This document shows, piece by piece, positions 30,859-41,921 of a stretch of 64,000 nt of DNA. The stretch comes from an uncultured Bacteroidales bacterium (GTDB taxonomy: Bacteria; Bacteroidota; Bacteroidia; Bacteroidales; GCA-2748055). The stretch spans positions 61,003 to 125,002 of the forward strand of contig CAVXSF010000009.1 in NCBI GenBank assembly GCA_963764345.1, given 5' to 3'. Numbering within the stretch: the stretch's first letter is position 1; every line of letters begins with the position of its first letter. The position numbers were made by a program, and so were the translations under genes. A model generated the notes under the pieces. The model made no database searches, was not told the DNA's origin, and was given only the letters and a program-made list of their open reading frames with translations.

Positions 30859-32436
30859 ATGCGAATACTTGTTTTTACAGGATTGGTATTAGTGCTAATC
30901 CTGATATCCTGTAAAAAGGACAAAGACACCGGTACGACTCTGACACCGGATCAAGAGCGCATGCAACAAGCTGTGGTTGATCTCCAGAAGACTTCCTTTG
31001 ATAAATGGGAACAGTGGAACAGTTCTCTCGATTCACTGGCCGCCATGGATTCCCTTCAAAAGATCATTGAGCAGAGTCCTGATGTTGAGTGGGCCTCCAG
31101 AAGCATTCAGGGCATTATGATTCAGTATAAGAGCGGCATCAGGGGTGGAATTTTTCTCAACCCAAGAAGGGAAATGAGCAATTCCCCGGTCATTATGGGA
31201 TTAAGGAAAACGGAAACGACCACGATTCCATTAAAAAGTACCGGCATCATGAACAGGACACCTGCAGAACCGAGAACAGCCATACTCTGTCCACCTTATA
31301 ACCAGTTCAGTTTAGATGTGGATGGTCTCGTTGAGGCAGTCGATGGTTACTATAAAAGGATAGACCTTTGGGAACCTGAATTGTATTATGCCGGAAATGC
31401 CAGCGTAGAAAAATTCACCTTCCTCGAAAATTACGGCGTAGTCGATATTTATACGCATGGTGCAGCCTGGCCCGATGAGGATCATATTGATGAAGTCTAT
31501 ATACTCACAGGGGAAACCGTCAATGATTTCACGTCATCCCGTTATTGGAAGTATATCAATACCGGGGATATTCCGTTGATCTTCGGCTTTTCAAATAACT
31601 ACTATTTTTTAAGCCCTGAATTCATTGTGAAGTATAATAATTTCGAAAAGGACTCGACACTGATATACGGTGGATTTTGTTTCAGCGGGCTCGGTTCATG
31701 GCATACCAAAATATTGGCTGCTAAAGCGGGTGGTTATTTCTGCTATGACTGGTCGGTTATCAGTGACACTTCGGATATGTGGGAAAAAGATATACTGGAC
31801 CATCTGACAGATAAACGGTATGGCGCACCCCTGACCTGTGGTGACTGGTTCTCTGTTACGCCCCTGAATACCTCCTACTTCGATGAAAGCCAGGGCAAAT
31901 TAGTTTCGATAAAGTATTATGGTGATCGGGATTTGGCGCTATGGGAACCCGAAAATACTTACAATTATTTTTCATTTCTCTGGCAGATTAACGGATATTT
32001 CAGCAATGATCCTTCAACCGCGGTGAATTTTGGCGGCAATGTCAAATCAGGACCCGGGGTTATTATTAATAATGTATTCATGTCAACCGACATTGAAGAC
32101 CAGGTTTATTCAGCTACCGGAGAAATCGTTATAGAAAGGAACGGAGAACTCTTCGCCTATTTTAATCCTGAAACGACAGGTATCGACAGTATCATCCTCG
32201 ATTTGCACGAAAGGAGTATATATTACCCTGATCTCGATATGGAGATGAAGATTATCAACATTCCCAGGATCACATATGATGAGTCAATACCTGCTTCAGT
32301 TTATCAACTGGGAGGAACATCTGCCTGCGGGCATATTGTCAGGCTGACTTACAAAACCGGAGAAAATGTCCTGGAGACGTATGAATGTCCGAATGAGTGG
32401 TCCGATGTTATTAAGCTGTCACTAACCAAACTATAA
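30859..32436 (+). CDS. Hypothetical lipoprotein, possible clan CD cysteine-peptidase fold
   Basis: LISC lipobox with KKDKD; VDIYTHG and LIYGGFCFSG segments. Confidence 0.75.
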   Translation: MRILVFTGLVLVLILISCKKDKDTGTTLTPDQERMQQAVVDLQKTSFDKWEQWNSSLDSLAAMDSLQKIIEQSPDVEWASRSIQGIMIQYKSGIRGGIFLNPRREMSNSPVIMGLRKTETTTIPLKSTGIMNRTPAEPRTAILCPPYNQFSLDVDGLVEAVDGYYKRIDLWEPELYYAGNASVEKFTFLENYGVVDIYTHGAAWPDEDHIDEVYILTGETVNDFTSSRYWKYINTGDIPLIFGFSNNYYFLSPEFIVKYNNFEKDSTLIYGGFCFSGLGSWHTKILAAKAGGYFCYDWSVISDTSDMWEKDILDHLTDKRYGAPLTCGDWFSVTPLNTSYFDESQGKLVSIKYYGDRDLALWEPENTYNYFSFLWQINGYFSNDPSTAVNFGGNVKSGPGVIINNVFMSTDIEDQVYSATGEIVIERNGELFAYFNPETTGIDSIILDLHERSIYYPDLDMEMKIINIPRITYDESIPASVYQLGGTSACGHIVRLTYKTGENVLETYECPNEWSDVIKLSLTKL

Positions 32437-32537
32437 CATTCTCCCTTCGAATCATTCTCTGAACCTGTCTTTGAATAAACAGGTCAAATGCAATGCAAGG
32501 CACATCTTCATTCATCACAGATGACAAAGAGAGCTGA

Positions 32538-35500
32538 TCAGGGTTGAATACCGGATGTTCTTTTTATTCTATTCAACGCATACTCCCTGGTCTGGTGCAT
32601 AAATGCCTGTAACCGGATATCCAGGCTGGCATCTTCCTGACCGTCGAAAGCCACATTTTCCCAGGGAATACCATTATGATCGTTCCGGATATCGGTACTA
32701 AGGGAAGCCACCAGGGTTCCGGGCATACACGTGAAGGGCAGGATGTAGACGATACCGTCAACGCCTGATTCCGCCAGCTTCGCGGCCGACCCGACAGCAA
32801 TAACGGGATCACCGTCATAATCCTTGTGAATATATGGTGCACTTTGGCAGATCATCTCTTCCAGTCCGACTTCGGTTCCCGAATCGACCATGTGGAGTAC
32901 TTTTTTCCAGAGAGCGCCGGCAGTATACCGTTGTCCTGCCATCTGCACAGCTGCCTTGACCATTCCTGCCGGGTCTCTTTTCCACCGGCTGTCGCGCTGG
33001 TAACGGTAGGTAGAATAAATCGGCCATTCGCTGAACGGTCCCATGATGGTCTCTGCCCCCAGAGCCTCCAGCTTATCAACGATAAATCCGCTGCAGTAGG
33101 GATTATCGCGCATGAACGTCTCACCCAGGACAGCGATCAGTGGTTTTCTTTTCCCGTTGCTAACCGGGATCTCTGAGAATGCCATTCCGGCCTGTTCAAT
33201 GACCGAGCTTAACTTCCCTGAACCCGATTCAACAGAGCGGATAACCATATCAAGCCAGTATTCATACACCTGGCGTGTCATACCAGGGATCAGTTCATAC
33301 GGCTTTCTTTCCTGTAAAAATTTTTTCAGGATATCGACGGCCACAATACCTTTCCATGCATTGAGCCTGAATTTCCCGGTTTTCCCCGGAACCAGCTCAG
33401 CATATGAGTTATCATTGCTGGGAGTGATGATCTCGACATCGGTAAATCCGAGCCGGTCGAAAAGGATACGATGCAATTTGTTATATTCACCAAAACGGCA
33501 GGGCCCGTTATGATCGGGCATAAAGAAGGCCATCTTCTTCGGATCGGCACCGGGCTCAAGAATCTTTTTGATAAAGCTTCCCGTTGTACATATTAAGGGG
33601 AAACATTCCTGGCCGTTGGTCAGCTTCCTGGCCATCTGAATGTCTTCCGGTCCGGCCATCGGCAGAACCTCCGAATTGATGCCGCAAGACCTTGCTGCGG
33701 CAGCAAGAGCATGAACCGTATCACGTGCATAGGGAAAGTAGAGAACCCTGCCATCGAGTTTTGAAGCGGTATTCTTCCGGATGGTTTTTGAGCTCTGGTA
33801 ATCGCTTTTTACCAGATTATATCCGTCAAGGCTGTCGAGAAAAGCTTCGATCCTGGTAATCAGCCCGGCATCTGCACTATGTTCATCCACCTCGAGGTGA
33901 AGCCACGGTTTGTCGTTCATTTCTTCCCTGACGAAATGGGTGATAAAGGAATCGGGGCCACAACGGAAATTGCCGATATACAGAGCATGCAGATTTTCAT
34001 TCCTGGCAACGATCTTTGCCCCTGCCAGTATTCTCTGTCCGTTAGGCCAGTACATGGAATGGTAATCCTGAAAAACATCTTCCCCGTCCAGCGGGAGATA
34101 GTCGAGTGGAATGGGTATAGTATTTTTACTGATGAGTTTTTCCACCAGGCGTAGGTTCAGTAACGGGTCGGTTGTATTGTAAGGCCGTGCCTAAAAGAAC
34201 CAGGGCCCTCTTGCCGGCAGGTAAGCCGGACATGACTTCCCTCCCCCTCTGTTTAACACGTTCTTCAAATGCGTCCTGAACGACCCGGGCTTTCCTGATG
34301 GCTTTAACCGTGGCTGATCTCGAAATCCCAAAGGTCTCCGAAACAAACCGGCCTAATTCCTCGTGGATCACACGGCTCCCATACCTGAAATGGAGGGCCG
34401 GCATCAGGAATTTCTTACGGTCCTGTTCATCCTTGAATGCTGCCTTCACCATAAAAGGATAAGTCTGGATCCATGGACAGTTGGGATTGTTTGTGGGATT
34501 ATCGTCTTTGCCTTTCGTATTCACGATGAAAGGCATAAAGATGTAGTCGGCATTTTTCCTGAGCAGATCCAGGACATGACCATGAGCCAGTTCCACGGGC
34601 AGGCAGGTTTCAGATACCATAACCTCAATGGAATTTTTTACCAGTTTCTGATCGGAAGGACCGGAGAGCAGGACCCTGAATCCAAGTTCCCTGAAAAAGG
34701 TATTCCAGAAAGGAAATTCCTGGTAGAAAAGCATCAGCGAACGGGGAATGCCAATAGTCACTTTGTCACCGGCAGGCTCTTCGGAATAGTCTCCCAGCAG
34801 GAAGGAAAGTCTTTCTTCAAAATAATTGGGAATATCTTTGCCCTGCCCTTTCCGTTCCTCCTTTTCATATTTCTCGCACCTGCCCCCGTAATACAGGGCT
34901 TTTTTCTCCCCTTCAATCCTCACCCTCTGGATTTCACAATCATTTGTACACTCGCGGCAGGTAAAATTGTCGACTTTATATGAAGCAGTGCTCAGGTGAA
35001 ATCCCCTGAAACGGGTTTTCTCATTTTTGGCCAGGGCATTCCTGGCCAGGATAGCTGCACCAATAGCGCCTGTGACATCAAAATGCGGCGGGATGATCAT
35101 GGGTTTGCCCGTAACCTTCTCGAAGGCAGCTACCACCGACAGGTTATTCGTAACGCCGCCCTGGAAGAAGATACGTTCACCGATTTTTTTATCTCCGACC
35201 ACTTTCTGCAGGTAATTCTGAACGATTGAATAAGCGAGGCCTCCAACCAGGTCGGATTTCTCCATACCCTTCTGCTGTTGGGCATTTAGGTCCGATTCCA
35301 TAAATACAGTGCATCTGTCGCCCAACTGTACCGGATGTCCGGATGAAAGGGCCACATCACCGAATTCGCCGGTAATGCTGATACCAAGCTTCTCCGCCTG
35401 TTCCTCGAGAAAGGAGCCGGTGCCGGCAGCACAAACCTTATTCATTTCAAAGTCGACGATGACACCATGTTTTATGCTGATGTATTTCGAATCCTGGCCT

Positions 35501-36765
35501 CCGATCTCAAAGATGGTGTCGACTGTCGGGTCGTAAGCAATAGCAGCCGTGGCCTGTGCCGTGATCTCATTTCGTATCGTGTCGGCGCCGATGAAATCGC
35601 CGGTCAGGTAACGACCCGATCCGGTGGTACCGGCGGAACATACGGTTATTCTTTCCCCCACTTCTTCATAAATCTCACGAAGGCCGCGCTGAATGGCTTC
35701 TATCGGCCGGCTGGCTGTGGGAAGGTAACGCCGGGCCACCACATTATTGTCCTTGTCGATCAGAACCACGTTGGTGCTCAGTGAGCCTACATCGATCCCA
35801 AGTGAGACATCTGTCTTTTGACCCGACCCGGGCAATTTTACGGTTTCTTTAGAATACAGGGCTTTGGACCTGGTCAGTTTTTCGTGGTAAAGCCCTTCGG
35901 TTCTGGGATTCTGCAGATAGGCCTCCAGCTCTTTGATTCCATGGAAACTTTCCAGGTTTTTATTCTCTTTGAGTGTATGGAGCAGCGCTCCGATAGCCCC
36001 CATGGAAGCGTGCCATTGCGGGATGATCAGTTCGCCGTCCGAAAGTCCGAAGACTTCCGTAAAGGCTCTTACCATCCCCTTGTTGGCAGCCACCCCTCCC
36101 TGAAAAATAAAGGGGGCTGAAAAGATTTTACCCCTGCCCAGAGTACTTTTGAAATTCCTGGCCACCGCAAAGCAAAGACCGGCGACAATATCATGCAGCG
36201 GAGTGGCAATCTGCTGAAGATGGATCATATCGCTTTTTGCAAAGACGCTGCAACGGCCGGCAATCCTCGGTGGCTTTTCTGACCTGAGCGCCAGCTCTCC
36301 GAACTCATCCTCAATGGATACACCGATCCGCTTAGCCTGCTGATCAAGAAAAGAACCGGTTCCTGCAGCACATAAACTATTCAGGGAAAAATCGGAAAGC
36401 CTTGAGTGCCCGTTCATTTTCGCTTTCTCCATGAAGATAAGCTTCGAATCCTCCCCACCCATCTCGATGATGGTCCTTACTTCAGGGTAATATTCGGCAA
36501 CAGATCCCGACTGGGCGATGATCTCATTGACAAAAGCGCCGCCGGTCAGCTTTGAAGCCTGAAGACCTCCGCTGCCGGTATAAGCCACCACCCCGATATT
36601 TTCGATACCGTATTCCTTAATGACGGATGAAAGAATATCATGCAAAACATGAAAAGGCCGTCCTTTGCACCATGTGTAGCGGTTCTCCAGGATCGTGCCG
36701 CCTTCATCCATGAGGATCGTGTTAACTGAAATTGAGCCAATATCGAGGCTGACATTGATCTTCAT
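32538..36765 (-). CDS. ~1400-aa acyl-CoA dehydratase-activator/reductase fusion (two ASKHA ATPase plus DUF2229-type domains; PlsAR/Ger-like); +1 frameshift near 34188
   Basis: Two repeats of D.GS...TGSG...E..AQ...E.GG.DSK...CAAGTGSFL...RC.VF; later C.P, CP..Q, GRPY, F.CGPD, E.DEH, GPCRFG.Y, PFTCMP; removing one base restores LGRPYNTTDPLLNLRLVEKL. Confidence 0.88.
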
Positions 36766-37194
36766 ACCGGAGAAATTTTAGTTGCATAAAACATAGAAAA
36801 ATCATCAATCTGTCAAATACGAAAAAACTATCCACCCGATAATCAAAAAATTCTCCTGCTCCAGGCTAGTATCTTGCTGAATATCCCGATCTAATATATT
36901 TATAATCCTTATCAATGTCAATTTTTTGAGGCAATATCGTCTTTTGCCGGTTCGATGCTTAGTACTGTCATGTAAAGCTATTTGCGAAAATACGATTGAA
37001 AAAATGTTGCCCCCGAATTGAACAATTTACCTGCGATGGACTTTTATTTACATTAAATATGCATTCACCAGTTGCATTTTGTGTGATAACACCAAAAAAC
37101 ACTACCGCTCCTTTTTTAGTGTAAACCAATGAAGATTAAAAATTAATGGGAAAATTTAATGCGTCAGGCTTGTTAACCCGGAAGGTACGTTGAA

Positions 37195-37518
37195 TTGAAA
37201 ACCAGGCCATTCAATATTATTCTGCTGACATTTTTCCACCTGCTGGTTTTTACTTACAGTGTAACGGTAAAAATCACCCATCATCATGCACTTCCGGTAA
37301 ATAAAGAATTACATGAATCTTTGGTCCCTGTATTTAAAACTCAGAAAAGCCCATGCCTGATTTGTAAATTTGAGTTCGTTCCTTTCTTTATTGATGCATT
37401 ACCCGACTTCAGCCAGCCCTGTAAACAACCGGCTGCAACATTCCGGCTTCCTGTATACCAATATCATAACAATACCCGACATTCCTGCTCAAACAGGGCT
37501 CCTCCCGAAATGATATGA
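37195..37518 (+). CDS. DUF2946-like leader protein with HHH, CxxC and C-terminal RAPP (TTG start)
   Basis: N-terminal hydrophobic segment, THHH, CLIC, Pro-rich linker, ends NRAPPEMI; 73 nt upstream of a TBDT. Confidence 0.75.
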   Translation: MKTRPFNIILLTFFHLLVFTYSVTVKITHHHALPVNKELHESLVPVFKTQKSPCLICKFEFVPFFIDALPDFSQPCKQPAATFRLPVYQYHNNTRHSCSNRAPPEMI

Positions 37519-37591
37519 CCCGGGCTTTAATACATGATCATTCCTGTCTAGCCGTCGCTCAGTTGCAAAACTTCATCAAATCATTTCAGTT

Positions 37592-40015
37592 ATGAATTTG
37601 AGAATACTACTACTTATTATTCTGATATCCTCTTTCACACGGGGATTGGAAGCATCAGCCATGGCATCTTTGAAAGGAAAAATAACCGATAAATCAAACA
37701 GTAATGCGATTCCCTTTGCAACGGTTTATTTTCCCGACCAAAAAATCGGCACTACTTCAGATATAAACGGAAATTATACTATCGATCATCTGCCAGCCAG
37801 CAAAATCCTGGTACAGGTCAGTTGTCTTGGATACCGGACCATTGTGGAAACTTTGGATCTTTCTCAAACCACCACCAGGAATTTTATCATGGAATACACG
37901 GCCACAGAGATGAATGAGGTGGTCGTCACGGGACTTTCAAAAGCTGCCGAACAAAAAAGAACCCCTACCCCCATCACCATTGTGCCCTCCTCTGTTCTGC
38001 TGCAGGAATCCTCAACAAATATTATCGATGCCATTGCCCGGCAGCCTGGCATTTCGCAGGTTACCACAGGCCCCGGGATTTCAAAACCGGTTATCCGTGG
38101 GCTCGGTTATAACCGGGTGGTTGTGGTTGCCGACGGTATCAGGCAGGAAGGCCAGCAATGGGGAGATGAGCATGGCATTGAAATCGATGAGTCAACCGTC
38201 AGCAGGGTTGAAATACTGAAAGGCCCTGCAAGCCTGGCTTATGGGTCCGATGCTCTGGCCGGAGTCGTTAACCTGATTTCGGCTCCAAGTCCGACTGAGG
38301 GTAATATAAAAGGACAGGTTATCAGTAACTACCAGTCGAACAACGGTCTGATGGCATACTCTGCCGACCTGGCCGGCAACCTGAAAGGCTTTACCTGGAA
38401 CTTCCGTTACAGTAATAAAATGGCTCATGCCTATAAAAATAAATATGACGGTTATGTTTATAATTCGGGTTTCAGGGAACAGGCCGGCTATGGCATGATC
38501 GGCATTAACAGGGCATGGGGGTATTCTCATCTGATCGTCACGGCTTATCATTTAATGCCGGGAATTATTGAAGGTGAGAGAGACAGTCTTACCGGAGAGT
38601 TTGTCAAGCCGGTTGTTGCCGATAATAATTTAGTGTCTGACGTACCAGCCACTAACAGTGATTTTAAATCGTATATGCCCGGTGTGCCTTATCAGAATGT
38701 CAATCATTACAAAGCAATATGGATGAATGATATCATGACCGGTAACGGTAGCCTGAAAACGACACTCGGTTTTCAGCAGAACCGGAGGAAAGAATACGGA
38801 GATATCCTGAATCCCGACCAGTATGGATTATATTTCCTGCTGAATACACTGAATTATGACTTCCGCTACAATCTCCCTGAATTCAGCAATTTTACCTTGT
38901 CTTTCGGGGTTAACGGGATGGGGCAGGAATCATACAACAAGGGATCAGAATTCCTGGTTCCTTCGTATAACCTCTTCGACTTTGGAATATTTTCCATCAT
39001 TAAGAAGAACCTCGGCCGTTTTGATATAAGTGGTGGATTGCGTTTTGATAACCGGTCTGAGAATGGAAAGGGATTATACCTTGATGCCAACGGTCAAAAG
39101 ACAAACCGGGAGGCCGCCGGAGCGGCTACTAAGTTCAATCCTTTTACTTCAGATTTTTCCGGCCTTTCCGGTAGTATTGGCGCCACGTGGCAAATCAGCA
39201 AGGCATTTTATTCAAAACTGAATTTTTCAAAAGGATTCAGGGCTCCGAATATTGCTGAACTTGGTGCAAATGGTGTACATGAAGGAACCCAGCGGTATGA
39301 AATCGGTGATCCGAATCTGAAGTCAGAAAGCAGCCTGCAAACCGATTATGCCCTCGGTTTGGAAAGTGAACATATTTCAGCAGAGATGGATCTTTTTGCT
39401 AACAATATTCAGAACTATATCTTTGCGCGAAGACTGGATGCTATGGATGGCGGAGATTCCATTTCCGACGGCATGAGAACCTACAAATTTGTGTCGGGCC
39501 ATGCCCTGCTTTCAGGCGGTGAAATCAGAATCGATGTTCACCCTCACCCGCTCGACTGGATTCATTTTGAAAATTCATTCTCATTGGTGCAAGCCATCCA
39601 ACCGGGATTACCTGATTCAGTAAAATACCTGCCGCTGATTCCGCCGCCCCGCTATCAATCCGAACTGAAATTTGAAGCAAAAAATATCCGGAATGTCCTG
39701 AAGAATGTCTATTTTTCTGTTGGCTTAAGTCATTATTTCCGGCAGGACAGGTTCTATTCAGCCTTTAATACCGAGACTGCAACACCGGCTTATACGCTTT
39801 TAAGACTTGGAGCAGGAACAGAATTCGAGCATAACCACAGAACCGTTTGTTCTCTCTTCTTCACCGTTGACAATCTCGCCGACGTGGCCTATCAAAGTCA
39901 TCTCAGCCGGTTGAAATATGTCGGATATAATTACAAAACAGGAAGGGAAGGAGTATTTAACATGGGACGAAACATCAGCCTCAAAGTGATCATTCCGATT
40001 GATTATAAACCCTGA
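37592..40015 (+). CDS. TonB-dependent receptor, probably for a metal or metallophore
   Basis: Signal peptide, carboxypeptidase-regulatory-like N-domain, EVVVT TonB box, plug KPVIRG...VEILKGPASLAYG; His motifs WGDEHG, GVHEG, HPHP. Confidence 0.92.
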   Translation: MNLRILLLIILISSFTRGLEASAMASLKGKITDKSNSNAIPFATVYFPDQKIGTTSDINGNYTIDHLPASKILVQVSCLGYRTIVETLDLSQTTTRNFIMEYTATEMNEVVVTGLSKAAEQKRTPTPITIVPSSVLLQESSTNIIDAIARQPGISQVTTGPGISKPVIRGLGYNRVVVVADGIRQEGQQWGDEHGIEIDESTVSRVEILKGPASLAYGSDALAGVVNLISAPSPTEGNIKGQVISNYQSNNGLMAYSADLAGNLKGFTWNFRYSNKMAHAYKNKYDGYVYNSGFREQAGYGMIGINRAWGYSHLIVTAYHLMPGIIEGERDSLTGEFVKPVVADNNLVSDVPATNSDFKSYMPGVPYQNVNHYKAIWMNDIMTGNGSLKTTLGFQQNRRKEYGDILNPDQYGLYFLLNTLNYDFRYNLPEFSNFTLSFGVNGMGQESYNKGSEFLVPSYNLFDFGIFSIIKKNLGRFDISGGLRFDNRSENGKGLYLDANGQKTNREAAGAATKFNPFTSDFSGLSGSIGATWQISKAFYSKLNFSKGFRAPNIAELGANGVHEGTQRYEIGDPNLKSESSLQTDYALGLESEHISAEMDLFANNIQNYIFARRLDAMDGGDSISDGMRTYKFVSGHALLSGGEIRIDVHPHPLDWIHFENSFSLVQAIQPGLPDSVKYLPLIPPPRYQSELKFEAKNIRNVLKNVYFSVGLSHYFRQDRFYSAFNTETATPAYTLLRLGAGTEFEHNHRTVCSLFFTVDNLADVAYQSHLSRLKYVGYNYKTGREGVFNMGRNISLKVIIPIDYKP

Positions 40016-40020
40016 TACCG

Positions 40021-40144
40021 GCAGGAAGGAGAAGCAGGAGGAAAAATGGCGATTTACAGATTTGAAAGATTATTAATTATGATCCCCGTATACGATGTTC
40101 TTATATTCGCCGGTTTTTTCTATTCGCCTTCTTCTCCCTCCTGT
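40021..40144. repeat. Long imperfect inverted repeat between convergent TBDT and gdhA
   Basis: GCAGGAAGGAGAAG...GAAAAATGGCGA (40021-40052) versus TCGCCGGTTTTTTC...CTTCTCCCTCCTGT (40107-40144). Confidence 0.6.
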
Positions 40145-40145
40145 T

Positions 40146-41483
40146 TCAATACAGTCCCTGATCCAGCATCGAATTGGCGACTTTCAGGAAGCCTGCTATG
40201 TTGGCACCTCTGACATAATCGATATAGCCATTTTCACGCTTACCATATTTCACACAATTCAGGTGAATATTGGTCATGATATGATGCAGCCTTGAATCGA
40301 CCTCATCGCGATGCCAGTTGATCTTCATGGAATTCTGAGCCATCTCGAGTCCCGAGGTGGCAACTCCGCCGGCATTGGATGCTTTCCCGGGCGCAAAAAG
40401 GATCTCTTTATCCTGCAGAAACTCAATGGCTTCGGGTGTACATGGCATGTTTGCCCCTTCGGTAACGCAAAGGCAGCCGTTCTTCACAAGCATTTCGGCA
40501 TCCTCCTTATTCAGCTCATTCTGCGTAGCACACGGAAGAGCAATGTCACACTGCACTTCCCATGGGTGTTTTCCCTGAACAAATTCCACACCTTCATATT
40601 CGTATGCATAGGGTTTAACGATGTCTTCATTAGTAGCTCTCAGTTCAAGCATGTAGTCTATCTTCTCGCCCGAAACACCATCACGGTCGTGTATATAACC
40701 ATCGGGGCCTGAAAGGGTAATGACCTTGCCGCCGAGCTCGGTAACTTTTTTAGCTGCACCCCAGGCAACGTTGCCAAAGCCCGAGATGGCTACTTTTTTG
40801 CCTTTAAAGCTCTCCCCGCTTGTTTTGAGCATTTCCTGAGCAAAATAAACCACGCCGAAACCTGTTGCTTCCGGGCGGACCAAAGAACCTCCCCAGTTGA
40901 GTCCTTTACCGGTAAGAACACCGGTATTCTCACGGGCAAGCTTGCGATACATCCCATAGAGATACCCGATTTCACGACCTCCCACTCCGATATCCCCTGC
41001 AGGAACATCCGTATCCGGGCCTATCAGATGCCAGAGTTCAAGCATGAACGACTGGCAAAACCTCATGATCTCACGGTTCGATTTACCTTTGGGGTCAAAA
41101 TCGGAACCACCTTTGGCTCCTCCCATAGGCAGAGAGGTCAGACTGTTTTTGAAAATCTGCTCGAAGCCAAGAAATTTCAAAATGCTGAGATTCACACTAG
41201 GGTGAAACCGCAGTCCTCCCTTGTAGGGCCCGATGGCATTATTGAACTGAATCCTGTATCCCCTGTTCACATGTATTTTACCTTCATCATCCTCCCACGG
41301 CACTTTAAACATCAGAACACGGTCGGGTTCGACCAGTCTCTCAATGATCTTTGCCGATTCAAACTGGGGGTTCTCATTATAAATTTCTTCGATCGATTCC
41401 AACACTTCCCTAACTGCCTGATGATATTCAACCTCTCCGGCTGTCTTTTTGATGAGGTCGTTCATAAAAATATCTACGTTCAT
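40146..41483 (-). CDS. gdhA: Glutamate dehydrogenase (NAD(P)-dependent, GdhA type)
   Basis: GPYKGGLRFHPSV, MGGAKGGSDF, DVPAGDIGVG, RPEATG, GFGNV, PCATQNE, PGKA.NAGGV. Confidence 0.96.
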   Translation of the reverse strand: MNVDIFMNDLIKKTAGEVEYHQAVREVLESIEEIYNENPQFESAKIIERLVEPDRVLMFKVPWEDDEGKIHVNRGYRIQFNNAIGPYKGGLRFHPSVNLSILKFLGFEQIFKNSLTSLPMGGAKGGSDFDPKGKSNREIMRFCQSFMLELWHLIGPDTDVPAGDIGVGGREIGYLYGMYRKLARENTGVLTGKGLNWGGSLVRPEATGFGVVYFAQEMLKTSGESFKGKKVAISGFGNVAWGAAKKVTELGGKVITLSGPDGYIHDRDGVSGEKIDYMLELRATNEDIVKPYAYEYEGVEFVQGKHPWEVQCDIALPCATQNELNKEDAEMLVKNGCLCVTEGANMPCTPEAIEFLQDKEILFAPGKASNAGGVATSGLEMAQNSMKINWHRDEVDSRLHHIMTNIHLNCVKYGKRENGYIDYVRGANIAGFLKVANSMLDQGLY

Positions 41484-41921
41484 AGCAGCAATATTTTAAA
41501 GATTTTTAATGGGTTATGACTATCCTGACACTTCCAGGAAAGATTTGTAAATTTGACCGTAAAAGCCATGATTTCCAAATTTTACAGCTTAATAATAATA
41601 TGATTTTAAGCATGTTAAAAAGATGACATTCCTCATTATTTTAAAATGGAAATTTCTTGAAAAAACCATTCCGGACATAAATTTCAATCTCAGGTATATT
41701 CCTAAAGTCTTGATTATTAATAAAGAAGAATCAACCCAGGAAGTGTTTCGTCCCTGAGCCGTGATGTCTGTTCCACTTCCACAGAAGGGAACCGTGCACC
41801 AGAGTATGTCAAGGTTGCGGTGCAGCCCGAAAAACCTTCATGGAAAACATGAACTCTGCCTGATGTTTGGAAGTCGCCGGTTGTCCCGCAACAGTCACAG
41901 TGGACTTTGCATCATTGTGAT

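Noticed and set aside
34126-34200. Natural two-gene PlsA/PlsR-style split or programmed frameshift
   Set aside because: The break falls inside the conserved GRPY motif, there is no slippery sequence, and one-base deletion restores the frame like the other errors.
37055-37080. TGCA...GTTGCA as a metal-regulator box upstream of the RAPP leader
   Set aside because: Only one good half-site with irregular spacing; not enough to call.
41865-41905. TGTCCCGCAACAGT resembling the cobalamin riboswitch core
   Set aside because: The upstream GGGAA..GGTG.AA.TCC element and the B12 box are missing, and it faces the 3' end of an opposite-strand gene rather than a leader.
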